DNA of 64,000 nucleotides. Source: Akkermansiaceae bacterium (lineage in GTDB: Bacteria; Verrucomicrobiota; Verrucomicrobiia; Verrucomicrobiales; Akkermansiaceae). The notes under the pieces are model-generated. The model made no database searches. It was not told the origin of the DNA and saw only the letters and a list, made by a program, of their open reading frames with translations. A program made the position numbers and the translations under genes. Shown here one piece after another: positions 27,482 to 37,590 of this stretch (the stretch's first letter is position 1; every line of letters begins with the position of its first letter). Location: assembly GCA_051251915.1 (NCBI GenBank), contig JBPOGF010000014.1, positions 62,799 through 126,798 of the forward strand, read 5' to 3'.

Positions 27482-29083
27482 ATGAACCGTTGGTTACGCC
27501 GCTACCCCTCCTATATAATGTCAGCTTTGATAGCGGCACTTGCGGTTACTCCGCTGGTGTTTCTGTATACGCTGTCTAAGGGTGCGGAGGGGTATTTTAC
27601 GAGTGAGACTTGGCGGATTTTAGAAAACACGATATTACTGACCATTACTTCTGTGGTGGGTTCGATAGCACTTGGTGTGCCGTTGGCTTTGTTGACGGCT
27701 TATTGTAGGTTACCATTTCAGCGGTTGTGGGTGATTGCCTTGGCTACTCCGTTGGCGATGCCTAGTTATATTGGAGCGTTTACGTTTTATGCTGCATTTG
27801 GTAAGGCTGGGGAGATAGAGAAGCTGACTGGGTTGAATTTTCCTAGGCTTGAGGGTTTGGTAGGATCTACGATTGTGATGACGTTGTATAGTTTTCCTTT
27901 TGTGTTTTTGACTACGCGAGCGGCGCTTCGTAATTTGGATAGTAATTTGGTGAATGCTGCGCGGACGTTGGGGATGTCGTTGCCGGCTTGTTTGATGCGT
28001 GTGGTGTTGCCGCGTGTGCGGAATGGTATTGCGGCAGGGGCTTTGATTGTGGCGCTCTATACGTTGTCTGATTTTGGGACTCCTGCGATTATGCAGTTTG
28101 ATACGTTTACGCGGGTGATTTTTGTGGAGTATAATGCGTTTGGTCTTGAGCGTGCGGCGTTGTTTTCTTTGCAGTTGATTTTTTTGGTGGTGGTGGTGTT
28201 GATGATTGAGTCTTGTTTTCGTGGTGTTCGGGAGAATTCGGGAAGGTGTCTGAGTTTGCAGTTGAGTAGGGCGAAGGTGTTGTTTTCGTTTGTGCCGGTG
28301 GCGTTGATTGTGGCTTTGGCTTTAGGGTTGCCGTTGTTGATTTTTGGGATTTGGTTGAATCGAGAGGGTGCGGGGGACTTTGATTTTGGGGTGGCTTGGA
28401 ATTCTCTTAAGGTTTCTTTGATTACGGCTGGTGTGGCTGCTGTTGTTGCGTTGCCGGTGGCTTATGCGGCTACTGTGGGGAAAGTGGGTAGGGTTTTGGA
28501 GCGTGTGGTTTATGTGGGGTATGGTGTGCCGGGTATTGTGATGGGGACTGCGCTGGTGTATATGGGGCTGCGTGTTGAGGCTGAGATTTTCAAGATGTCT
28601 GAGAGTAATCCTCAGGTTCCTGCATTTTTGGAGAAGCTGGGTCTTGAGGATCCGTATTTGTATCAGACTTTGACTTTATTGGTGATTGCGCATGTTTTGC
28701 GTTTCTTACCACTTGCGGTGGGCTCAATTCGTTCTACATTGGAAAAAATAGAAGGAAATATGGTGCATGCGGCTCAGACTTTGGGCGCGAGTAAGGCTGA
28801 GGTGTTTCGTAGGATAACGATGCCTCTTGCTACACGTGGAATTATTGCGGGTGCTGCGCTGGTATTTCTGGATACGATGAGAGAGTTACCTGCTACATTA
28901 TTGTTGCGGCCGAATGACTTTGAGACGTTAACTACTGAGATTTGGTTGGTTTACGAGGCGGGGTATTTTGGTAGGGCGGCGGTGCCTGGATTGGTGCTGG
29001 TGTTGTTCTCAGCAATGGGGCTGGCGATTATGCTTATAGGTGAACGAAGGGCTGAGAAGGCTTTAGAAACAAACGACGAATAA
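27482..29083 (+). CDS. Fe3+ ABC transporter permease (FbpB family)
   Basis: Two EAA-like loops (NAARTLG, HAAQTLG); LSDFGT and ELPATLLLRP. Confidence 0.9.
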   Translation: MNRWLRRYPSYIMSALIAALAVTPLVFLYTLSKGAEGYFTSETWRILENTILLTITSVVGSIALGVPLALLTAYCRLPFQRLWVIALATPLAMPSYIGAFTFYAAFGKAGEIEKLTGLNFPRLEGLVGSTIVMTLYSFPFVFLTTRAALRNLDSNLVNAARTLGMSLPACLMRVVLPRVRNGIAAGALIVALYTLSDFGTPAIMQFDTFTRVIFVEYNAFGLERAALFSLQLIFLVVVVLMIESCFRGVRENSGRCLSLQLSRAKVLFSFVPVALIVALALGLPLLIFGIWLNREGAGDFDFGVAWNSLKVSLITAGVAAVVALPVAYAATVGKVGRVLERVVYVGYGVPGIVMGTALVYMGLRVEAEIFKMSESNPQVPAFLEKLGLEDPYLYQTLTLLVIAHVLRFLPLAVGSIRSTLEKIEGNMVHAAQTLGASKAEVFRRITMPLATRGIIAGAALVFLDTMRELPATLLLRPNDFETLTTEIWLVYEAGYFGRAAVPGLVLVLFSAMGLAIMLIGERRAEKALETNDE

Positions 29084-30120
29084 TGAAACTTAAATTAGAT
29101 AATCTTTGTGCAGGGTATGGCGCTACACCGGTGATCAAGGATCTGAATTTCTCACTTGATGGGAATGAGATATTGATGCTAGTGGGGCCTACTGGCTGTG
29201 GGAAGTCTACTATTTTGCGTGCGTTGGCGGGAATTTTGCCTGTTTCTGATGGTGAGATTCATTTGAATGGTAAATGCATTAGTAAGGGGGATCCGTTGCC
29301 TCCTGAGAAGCGTAATGTGGGGATGGTTTTCCAGGATTTTGCATTATTTCCTCATTTGAATGTGGAGAAGAATATAGGGTTTCGCTTGAGAGATAAGACT
29401 GAGGTGAATCATTGGATTGAGTTATTGGGGTTGGAGTCACATCGGCGTGCTATGCCGGCTACTCTTTCTGGGGGGCAGAAGCAGCGTGTGGCGCTGGCTA
29501 GGGCGTTGGCTCATAAGCCTTCGTTGATGTTGTTGGATGAGCCTTTGTCTAATTTGGATGCAGCGCTGAAGGATACTTTGCGGTGGTCGATTAGAGATGC
29601 GCTGAAGAAGGCTGGTGTTCCGGCTATCTGGGTGACACATGATCAGGATGAGGCATTGTCTGTAGGAGATAGGGTGGGGATTCTTAATAAGGGGAGGCTA
29701 GAGCAGCTAGATACTCCTGAGAATTGCTTTAGTCAGCCGGCTACTCGGTTTGTGGCTGAGTTTTTAGGGGAGGCTAGCTTTATTTCAGGGGCTTTGAGTG
29801 GGGGGGCGGTGACGACTTCTTTGGGTAGTGTTCCGGTGATTTCTGTGGGTTGTGAGGCTGAGAGTGGTGTGGATGTTTTAGTGCGCCCGGATGATTTTTG
29901 TTTAGCTCCTGTGTGTAAGGAGAATGAGGCTAATGCGCAGGTTAAGTGGTCTCGGTTTGAGGGGGGATACCGTTTGTGTGCGCTGCGACTCAATGAGGGG
30001 GGGCACGAGGTGAAGGTGCGTGTGAGCCACGAGGTGGAAATCGAGCCTGACGATGAAGTTAGGCTGAGTATGGTAGCTACGCATCCATTGATAGCTTATC
30101 CAATGAAGGCGGGAGTTTAG
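29083..30120 (+). CDS. Fe3+ ABC transporter ATP-binding protein (FbpC family)
   Basis: GPTGCGKS, VFQDFALFPH, LSGGQKQR, LLDEP, VTHDQ. Confidence 0.92.
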   Translation: MKLKLDNLCAGYGATPVIKDLNFSLDGNEILMLVGPTGCGKSTILRALAGILPVSDGEIHLNGKCISKGDPLPPEKRNVGMVFQDFALFPHLNVEKNIGFRLRDKTEVNHWIELLGLESHRRAMPATLSGGQKQRVALARALAHKPSLMLLDEPLSNLDAALKDTLRWSIRDALKKAGVPAIWVTHDQDEALSVGDRVGILNKGRLEQLDTPENCFSQPATRFVAEFLGEASFISGALSGGAVTTSLGSVPVISVGCEAESGVDVLVRPDDFCLAPVCKENEANAQVKWSRFEGGYRLCALRLNEGGHEVKVRVSHEVEIEPDDEVRLSMVATHPLIAYPMKAGV

Positions 30121-30149
30121 GGAGGGGGTATTTATGCCTAGGATACGGC

Positions 30150-30953
30150 TTAGTGAACGGCTTCCATGGTTGGAATGGCTTCAAGTAGTTTTTTGGTGTA
30201 GTCGTGTTGTGGGTGATTGAAGAGTTGTTCAGCTTCACCGTATTCTACGATTTTTCCTTTGTGCATGACCGCGATGTTGTCTGCGATGTAGCGGACTACG
30301 GAGAGATCATGAGAAATAAACATCATGGTTAAGTCGAGTTCGTCTCGTAGTTTTAGGAGGAGGTTGAGGATCTGAGACTGGATAGATACATCGAGGGCAG
30401 ATACTGGTTCGTCTGCGATGATGAGTTTAGGTTCTGGTGCTAGAGCGCGGGCGATGGCGATGCGCTGACGTTGGCCTCCGGAGAATTCATGCGGGTATTT
30501 CTTCATGAATGATGGGTTTAAGCCGACGCGTTCCATTAGAGTGACGACCGCATCCATCTGGGCGTTTTTATTTCCTTTGAGGCCTGGGTGCCGTTGTTGT
30601 AGTGCTTCAGTAAGGGTGGAGAAAATGGTCATCCTAGGGTTGAGCGATGCGTAGGGATCTTGAAAGATCATTTGGAAATCCAGTCTTCTAAGGCGCACTT
30701 GATTGGAGGTAAGGTTTGTGAGGTTTTCCTCTTCCAGAATGATGTTGCCCGAGGTGGCGGGGATGAGTTGCATGATGGTGCGGGAAAGGGTGGATTTTCC
30801 GCAACCTGATTCACCTACGAGTCCTAGGATCTCGCCTTTTTTGATGGATAGTGTGACTCCGTCGACGGCTTTGACAGAGTCGACCTGTTTCTGGATGAGT
30901 AAGCCTTTATTGACTGGGAAGTGTGTTTTAACGTCTTGGAGTTCGAGGAACAT
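30150..30953 (-). CDS. Oligopeptide/dipeptide ABC ATP-binding protein (OppF/DppF-like)
   Basis: GESGCGKS, FQDPYASLNPR, FSGGQRQR, ADEPVSALD. Confidence 0.9.
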   Translation of the reverse strand: MFLELQDVKTHFPVNKGLLIQKQVDSVKAVDGVTLSIKKGEILGLVGESGCGKSTLSRTIMQLIPATSGNIILEEENLTNLTSNQVRLRRLDFQMIFQDPYASLNPRMTIFSTLTEALQQRHPGLKGNKNAQMDAVVTLMERVGLNPSFMKKYPHEFSGGQRQRIAIARALAPEPKLIIADEPVSALDVSIQSQILNLLLKLRDELDLTMMFISHDLSVVRYIADNIAVMHKGKIVEYGEAEQLFNHPQHDYTKKLLEAIPTMEAVH

Positions 30954-31012
30954 GGCGGTTATTTGTTATTGGTTGAAAGGGCTAGTGTTTGAAGGCTCTA
31001 GGGAGTCTTTTA

Positions 31013-32533
31013 TTAGTAGCTGCGGCCCCAGATGGCTTTGGCTTTGGTTGGTTTTCCGGTGATTAGGCAAGGGGCTTCTTCTCCGTCTTGTTGGTCGAGA
31101 GGGAAGCAACGGATGGCAATTTTGTGTTTCTTGCTGAGGGCTTCTTCTTCCTCGTTGGAGCCAGCCCATGGTGTGGTTAGCCAGCCTGGTTGATCGCTAG
31201 CTGACCAGTGTTTTTCAAATTCTGTTAAATCGGAGCAATTGGAAATGTTAGAGTCTCTAAGTTCTGTAGCGCGGTGTAGGATTTCGTTTTGTATTTCCTG
31301 TAATGTGTCGGTGCAGTCACGGATGAATTCTTCTTTTTCCATGAAGTGTTTTTGGAATGCATCTTCGTCTCTGCGCTGCATGCAGACTTTTCTGGCTTCG
31401 AGATCACGCGGGCCTATTTCTATGCGGATAGGTGCGCCTTTCTTGACCCATTCCCATTTTTTGGCACCACCTGCGAGATCTCGCTTGTCTACGTGGACGC
31501 GGAGTGGTTCGCCGTGGAAGTCTTTATGGCGGAGTGTGGTGGCGAGTGCTTCACAGGCATCGATGATGGCATCACGTGAGTCTTCCTTTGGTGTGACAGG
31601 AATGATGATGACTTGCTGTGAGGCGATGCGTGGTGGACAGATGAGTCCATCATCATCTGAGTGTGCCATGATGAGTGTGCCGATGAGGCGTGTGGAGACA
31701 CCCCATGAGGTGGTCCAAGCGAGTTGTTGAGTGTTGTCTCTGCCGGTGAATGAGATGTCCTGGGCTTTAGAGAAATTTTGGCCAAGGAAGTGTGATGTTC
31801 CTGCTTGGATGGCTTTTTTGTCCTGTACCATGGCTTCTACTGTTAGAGTCATGTCTGCTCCTGGGAATCTTTCGACTTCTGATTTCTCACCTGCTACTAC
31901 TGGGATTGCTAGGTGATTGGTGATAAACTCAGCGTAGATGCTGTGCATTAATCGTGTTTCTTCGATGGCTTCTTCTTTGGTCTCGTGGGCGGTGTGACCT
32001 TCTTGCCAGAGGAATTCGGCTGTGCGGAGGAATAGTCTAGTGCGCATTTCCCAGCGCATGACGTTGGCCCACTGGTTGATGAGTAGTGGGAGGTCGCGGT
32101 ATGAGTTAGTCCAGCGTGAGAATGCTGCACCGATGATGGTTTCTGAGGTTGGGCGGATGACGTATGGCTCGGTGAGTTTACCGGCAGGGATCATCTTTGT
32201 GGTGCCATCTTCCTGCTTTTCAGCTTCAAGTCGGTGATGAGTGACTACCGCGCATTCTGTAGCGAAACCTTCGGCGTGCTCGGCTTCTTTTTCAAGATAA
32301 GCGAGGGGGATGAGCAGAGGGAAGTATGCGTTTTGGTGGCCGGTGCGTTTGAAGTATTTATCGAGCTGCTGTTGGATATTTTCCCACAGCGCGTAACCCC
32401 AAGGCTTGATCACCATGCATCCTCTGGTCTCAGAATTCTCTGCCATGTCGGCAGCTTTGATAACCTGTTGGTACCATTCTGGGAAATCTTCGGCTCTAGT
32501 TGGAGAGATCGCATTCTTAGGTTGTTTTGCCAT
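31013..32533 (-). CDS. proS: Proline--tRNA ligase (archaeal/eukaryotic-type)
   Basis: RPTSET, QWANVMRWE, FLRTAEFLWQEGHT and QAGTSHFLGQNF motifs; ends GRSY. Confidence 0.96.
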   Translation of the reverse strand: MAKQPKNAISPTRAEDFPEWYQQVIKAADMAENSETRGCMVIKPWGYALWENIQQQLDKYFKRTGHQNAYFPLLIPLAYLEKEAEHAEGFATECAVVTHHRLEAEKQEDGTTKMIPAGKLTEPYVIRPTSETIIGAAFSRWTNSYRDLPLLINQWANVMRWEMRTRLFLRTAEFLWQEGHTAHETKEEAIEETRLMHSIYAEFITNHLAIPVVAGEKSEVERFPGADMTLTVEAMVQDKKAIQAGTSHFLGQNFSKAQDISFTGRDNTQQLAWTTSWGVSTRLIGTLIMAHSDDDGLICPPRIASQQVIIIPVTPKEDSRDAIIDACEALATTLRHKDFHGEPLRVHVDKRDLAGGAKKWEWVKKGAPIRIEIGPRDLEARKVCMQRRDEDAFQKHFMEKEEFIRDCTDTLQEIQNEILHRATELRDSNISNCSDLTEFEKHWSASDQPGWLTTPWAGSNEEEEALSKKHKIAIRCFPLDQQDGEEAPCLITGKPTKAKAIWGRSY

Positions 32534-32822
32534 GTGGGGAGTGAAGAGAAAAATAGGCAGGCTGGGAAGCGTAAAGTGATGCTAAATAGAGCCTAGATCG
32601 AAATTTATTTTACAGTGATGAATCATTTTCGAAATTACGGCCAAAAGAATGTTAGAGAGAGGAGCTGATTTGAATCATCATAATGTGCTTTGTTTAAAGC
32701 GGGCTATGATACTAGTGAGAAGGGAATACAGGTAGCCTACGTAAAAATTCATTATTTTTATCACGTTTATTCTCGCCAAACCTTCTCTTGGTTCGTTAGT
32801 TTATTCCTAATCTATATAAATT

Positions 32823-33446
32823 ATGAACATCCACAAACTCAGATTCCTATTGTCCGTGCTCCTTTTGGTAGTGTTGCCTTCGTCTTTTGCAATGGCTCAA
32901 TATAAAGTAGTAGTCGATAAGCCAGAAATTGTAGAAGTCAAATCTCCTAACTTGGGAGGAGACTCCGCAAAGAAGAGCTTTAAGCCGAAAGATTGGATGG
33001 AGTTCGAGGTAAAATTCAAAATCGAAGCTAAAGATAGAGATAAGCTGTTTGCTGATAGAGTCACTATGAAGTGGTATGTGGCGGCGAAAAATCCTGATAA
33101 AGGTGGCGGTTACATTATGATGGAGAAAGAGGTGAATCATGTGAATGTGCCTATCGGTGAAGATGTTTATGTTTCAGTTTATCTCTCTCCTAATTCTATC
33201 AAGCGACTTACTGGTTCTGATAGAGTTTCTAAGTCTGATATTAAAGATGTAGGAGGCGAATTGCTTATCGATGGTCAACAGCCTGTAGGCGATAAGAAGG
33301 GTTATTTCAGTATGGATGCAAAAGCTGGCTGGTGGACTAAGTCAGGATTGTCTCGCTATGATAAAATTCCACTTCTCAACAAAAACGAAACGCCTTTCAA
33401 GATTCTTTGGTATGGGCGTTACGCAGAAATCGAGGAAAAACGATAA
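32823..33446 (+). CDS. Amuc_1102-like secreted pilus-associated protein
   Basis: Signal peptide; K.FKPKDW.E.E and LLNKNETPF..LWY.RYAE; position directly before pilM. Confidence 0.65.
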   Translation: MNIHKLRFLLSVLLLVVLPSSFAMAQYKVVVDKPEIVEVKSPNLGGDSAKKSFKPKDWMEFEVKFKIEAKDRDKLFADRVTMKWYVAAKNPDKGGGYIMMEKEVNHVNVPIGEDVYVSVYLSPNSIKRLTGSDRVSKSDIKDVGGELLIDGQQPVGDKKGYFSMDAKAGWWTKSGLSRYDKIPLLNKNETPFKILWYGRYAEIEEKR

Positions 33447-33530
33447 CTGTTCCTTCTGATATTAGCCGCTCATTCACTCGTAATGAGCAATGTTTTCAAA
33501 TTCACTTAAATCTAACACACACAAATAAAT

Positions 33531-35372
33531 ATGGCTGATTCACGGTCTATAGTAGCTTTAAATATCGGGTCACAACGCGTGACAATGGGATTATTAGCAC
33601 CATCTAGTAATGGTGGTCTCATTCTTAAAAAATATGAATCATCAACGATTCTAGCGGATCCAGCCGCTGAGATGACTCGACTTCCTCAGATCCGCATAGC
33701 GATCGCTGAGCTAGTGAGCAAGCTTGGGCTGTCTAAGGAGAAGGTAAGTTATGCCATTTCTGGACAATCTGTCTTCACGAGATTCGTTAAACTTCCATCA
33801 CTTGAGAGTGATGACATTGAGCAGTTGGTGGCCTTCGAGGCACAACAGCACGTGCCGTTTCCTATCAATGAAGTGGTTTGGGATTGGCAATTGCTAAATT
33901 CTGAAGCTGGGCAACAAGAGGTTGTCCTTGTGGCGATCAAGGCAGATGCTCTCGATGATATTAATGACTGCGTTAAGGATGCAGATCTTACAACTGGGCT
34001 TGTGGATGCGTCACCTATGGCGTTAGCAAACTCATTCGTTTACAACTATAGTGATCTTAATGAGCCTGCCCTGATGATCGACATTGGAGCAAGAACGAGT
34101 AACTTGGTATATTTGGATGGTAACAAAGTCTTTACGAGAACGATTGCGATTGGTGGTTCAACACTTACTTCAGCGATTGCTAAAGAATACAATGTCCCGT
34201 TTATTGAAGCTGAATCTCAGAAGTGCTCGAACGGATTAGTAGCACTTGATACGCGACACACTTCACAGCTTGATGATCTCACAGCGGCACTGGGTAGCTG
34301 TATAAGAACTGCGCTTAACAGGATGCCAGCAGAGATTGCACGGACTACTAACTTTTTCCGTAGTCAGCATGAAGGCTCAGCGCCAAAACGTATTTTCTTA
34401 GCAGGTGGAGGAGCTAATCTTCCAATGATATCGGACTTCTTTCAGGAGAAGTTGCGTTTGCCTGTGGAGTTTTTCAATCCGCTTAAGAGAGTATCTGTTG
34501 GACAGGGTGTGGATGTAGATAAAGTTTCTGTAGAAGCTCACCAGCTTGGAGAGATCATTGGTCTTGGTTTGCGCTCACTGGAGAAAGCTAAACTGAATAT
34601 TGATCTAGTTCCTGAGACTGTTCAGCATGAAAGAGATGATGCTCAAAAGCGTCCTAAGCTTATCATTGCATCAGGAGTTATAGTTGCAGCTTGTGCAGCG
34701 TTCTGTGTGAGCGGTGTGCTAGGTAAAAGTAAGGCAATCAAATCAGCCAAAAAGCAGGAAGAAATAGTTCAAGGGTTAGAAAGCTTTGCGAAGCCTATCA
34801 CTGCTGAATTGAAGGATGCGGATAAAATCGCAAATATTGTGGAGCTTTATGAAGGGAAAGTTGATTCTAGGGTTTTATGGCTAAACGGGCTGAGTGACAT
34901 TAAGACGCATTTCGCGCATCCTGAGCTTTGGATCACCGAGTTAGAGCCAGTTGTTAATTTTGACCCAGAGGTCGAAGATGGTGCACCGAGTCACAGAACT
35001 ATTGTTGCTAATGATATTCTGAAAACACCTCTTAATAAGTCTTCAGTTACGATGCCTAAAGTAGAACCTGAGCTTACTAGCAAAGGCAAAGCTAATCCAG
35101 ATTACGTTGCTCCAATGGTTAACGCTGTAGAGATTCGAGGTTACTGGAGAGGTAATTCAAATGGCCTAGTTCTTAAGCAGCTTAAGACGCTCGTAGAGAA
35201 CTCAGATGTGTTCACTAAGGAGATTTCCAGGAAATCAGGAACAAAGACAACACAAGTTACACTAACCGATCCAGAGATCGTAGTCGAGAATGCTACTTCA
35301 CCAGCGAATGACAGGCTGGGCGCACCATTTGTAGTCATCATCCCTTTAACTAATCCTATTTTACTTAAATAA
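33531..35372 (+). CDS. pilM: Type IV pilus assembly protein PilM with PilN-like C-terminal extension (Amuc_1101-like)
   Basis: Actin-like fold: FEAQQHVPFP, IDIGARTS, LAGGGANL; then TM and periplasmic part. Confidence 0.85.
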   Translation: MADSRSIVALNIGSQRVTMGLLAPSSNGGLILKKYESSTILADPAAEMTRLPQIRIAIAELVSKLGLSKEKVSYAISGQSVFTRFVKLPSLESDDIEQLVAFEAQQHVPFPINEVVWDWQLLNSEAGQQEVVLVAIKADALDDINDCVKDADLTTGLVDASPMALANSFVYNYSDLNEPALMIDIGARTSNLVYLDGNKVFTRTIAIGGSTLTSAIAKEYNVPFIEAESQKCSNGLVALDTRHTSQLDDLTAALGSCIRTALNRMPAEIARTTNFFRSQHEGSAPKRIFLAGGGANLPMISDFFQEKLRLPVEFFNPLKRVSVGQGVDVDKVSVEAHQLGEIIGLGLRSLEKAKLNIDLVPETVQHERDDAQKRPKLIIASGVIVAACAAFCVSGVLGKSKAIKSAKKQEEIVQGLESFAKPITAELKDADKIANIVELYEGKVDSRVLWLNGLSDIKTHFAHPELWITELEPVVNFDPEVEDGAPSHRTIVANDILKTPLNKSSVTMPKVEPELTSKGKANPDYVAPMVNAVEIRGYWRGNSNGLVLKQLKTLVENSDVFTKEISRKSGTKTTQVTLTDPEIVVENATSPANDRLGAPFVVIIPLTNPILLK

Positions 35373-35374
35373 TC

Positions 35375-36454
35375 ATGAGTTGGTACCAAGAAAATAAATT
35401 TGCAGGAACGTTACTCGGAGTCACAGCGGTGGTTTCTGGAGCATTAATCTATCTCGGCATGAGCGCTAATTCTGGCGCAGATGCTGCAAAACAGAAGGAG
35501 CAGGCAGCTGTTACTAAAATCAATGCTTTGCAGGCAGCTAAGCCTTATCCTAGCGATGAGAACGAAAAGTTACTTGCTGAAGGTTTGGCGACTTTTGCTG
35601 CGGATACGAAGAAATTTCAGGACAAGATGTTAGCATTCCGTCCTGAGGAAATGAAAAAGATCTCAGCTAACGAGTTTAGTGGTGAAGTTTCCAAATATGT
35701 TAATAAGCTGAATAAATATTACAGATCTAAGAATATCAAACTCCGAGCAAAAGAAAAACCATATTACGGTATGGAAGCGTATGCAGGCACCATGGCTGGT
35801 GAGGAGTCTACTATGCATTTGAACTATCATAGAGAAGCTCTGGAGTGGTTATTCATTACTCTGGCTGATTCCGGAATTGATTCTCTTGATCATGTTTATC
35901 GTGCTCCAGCGGCCGAGGCTTTAGGTAAAGCGGCAAAGCCTATAGCTGCTGCTCCATCGAAAAGCAAAAGTAAGAAATCTAAAAGTAAGAAGAATAGTAA
36001 GCCTACTGGTTTAACTTCTGTTTCCGATAAGCTTCCTATTGAGATTACTTTCACTGGGTCTGAAGCAAGTCTTCAAAATTTCCTCACAGAGGTGGCGGCA
36101 GGTGAAGAATATTTCTTTGCTGTTAATTTGATGAAGATCCGCAATGAGGAGCAAGAACCTGTAGTTATATCTAAGGCTACGTTTGCAGCACCAGTAGCAG
36201 ATGCACCAGCAGAAGATGCACCAGCAGAAGGGGGAGGACTTGATCTTAATCAAGGCTTCGACTTTGGCGGAGGTGGAGAGTTTGAAGTGGAAGAGGATAA
36301 AGACATTATTAAGCAAGTGATTGGTGATGAGAAGATATCCGTATTTGTGCAGCTCGACCTAATCTTGATGAAAGATGCAGCTAGTGTCCAAATACCACGT
36401 TTGAAGAAAGAAGCGCCTGTTAAGGCATCTCCTAAGAAACCAGCAACTAAATAA
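35375..36454 (+). CDS. Amuc_1100-like pilus-associated protein (PilO-like position)
   Basis: MSWYQENKF start, single TM, coiled coil, LPIEITFTGSE.SLQNFL; synteny between pilM and the secretin. Confidence 0.7.
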   Translation: MSWYQENKFAGTLLGVTAVVSGALIYLGMSANSGADAAKQKEQAAVTKINALQAAKPYPSDENEKLLAEGLATFAADTKKFQDKMLAFRPEEMKKISANEFSGEVSKYVNKLNKYYRSKNIKLRAKEKPYYGMEAYAGTMAGEESTMHLNYHREALEWLFITLADSGIDSLDHVYRAPAAEALGKAAKPIAAAPSKSKSKKSKSKKNSKPTGLTSVSDKLPIEITFTGSEASLQNFLTEVAAGEEYFFAVNLMKIRNEEQEPVVISKATFAAPVADAPAEDAPAEGGGLDLNQGFDFGGGGEFEVEEDKDIIKQVIGDEKISVFVQLDLILMKDAASVQIPRLKKEAPVKASPKKPATK

Positions 36455-36473
36455 ATAGAAAACAATTAATATA

Positions 36474-37466
36474 ATGTCTTGGTTATCAGAAAATTATGAT
36501 AAAGCAGCACTCGGTGTAGCCGGTGTAGTTGCCCTCGCAGTAGGTTATTCTGTCTTCTCCGGTGACGGAGATGTTCCAGAGCCGAATGCAGCTGTGCCGA
36601 ATAATACGGTAGAGATTGGGCAAAGAGAGGTCCTCGCTGTAGCGGTAGAGAAGTTCTCTACGGAGGCCGGCTTTGACGAAAAGGTAAGTAATGGTAATGA
36701 GGTTCAGAGCTTCGTATCATTCCCACTTTACAGCATCAAAGGTCAAGAAGGGATTAAGTCACTCACAGACGACTTTGAGATTCATCCTGGCATGCCGCTA
36801 AAATGGTGGAAGGACTATAGTCTTGATGATTACAGTAGAGATGATGGTCCTGAGCTTGACGCAGATAAGGATGGCTTCACAAACCGTGAAGAATATGAAG
36901 GTAAGACTGATCCTACATCGGACGCTAGTCATCCAAATTATATTGCTAAGTTGAAAAGCACAGCAGCTAAATCTGATGATTATGAAATGAACTGGACCAA
37001 GCTCAATGAGGAGCAGGGTAACTTTTCATTCAAATACAATAGAAAGAGACTATTCTATGGAACTCTTGGAGCAGGAGGTAAGTTCCCAGAATCATCGAAA
37101 TCAGATAAATCACTTATTGAGCGGTTTGAAATTCTAGAGAAAGGACAAGATTCAGACGTAGCTGGTGAAAGAGGTGAGTACTACCTTCTTAAGGATAACG
37201 GAAAAGATCAGAACAATCAGTTTAAACTCTACTACAATCAAAAGACTGAGTTTAAGGATTGGACTGGCACTTTCTTGTTAGATATTTCGGGATTAGATAC
37301 GCCTTTCTCTGTTCCAGAGGGCGACTCATTCTCTCTTCCTTACAATCCAGAAGCACCTAAGAAGCCTTATAAATTCAAGTCTAAGAAAGATAATAAGGTA
37401 GAAATAGAATATGAAGTTGATGGAAGAAAATCGACTATCGAGCTTGATATAACACCTGTTAAATAA
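36474..37466 (+). CDS. Amuc_1099-like pilus-system protein
   Basis: MSWLSENYDK start, TM, DADKDGFTNREEY calcium-binding-type motif; synteny. Confidence 0.65.
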   Translation: MSWLSENYDKAALGVAGVVALAVGYSVFSGDGDVPEPNAAVPNNTVEIGQREVLAVAVEKFSTEAGFDEKVSNGNEVQSFVSFPLYSIKGQEGIKSLTDDFEIHPGMPLKWWKDYSLDDYSRDDGPELDADKDGFTNREEYEGKTDPTSDASHPNYIAKLKSTAAKSDDYEMNWTKLNEEQGNFSFKYNRKRLFYGTLGAGGKFPESSKSDKSLIERFEILEKGQDSDVAGERGEYYLLKDNGKDQNNQFKLYYNQKTEFKDWTGTFLLDISGLDTPFSVPEGDSFSLPYNPEAPKKPYKFKSKKDNKVEIEYEVDGRKSTIELDITPVK

Positions 37467-37590
37467 GCCGAAAGGCTCTGATTTCTTAGGATTTAGAGCC
37501 TAACAAAAGCTAACAATACTAAAAAAATTTACAAAAAGTAAAAAAAACGCTTCACAAACCACCCTAAAATAAACGAACCTATATCTAATC

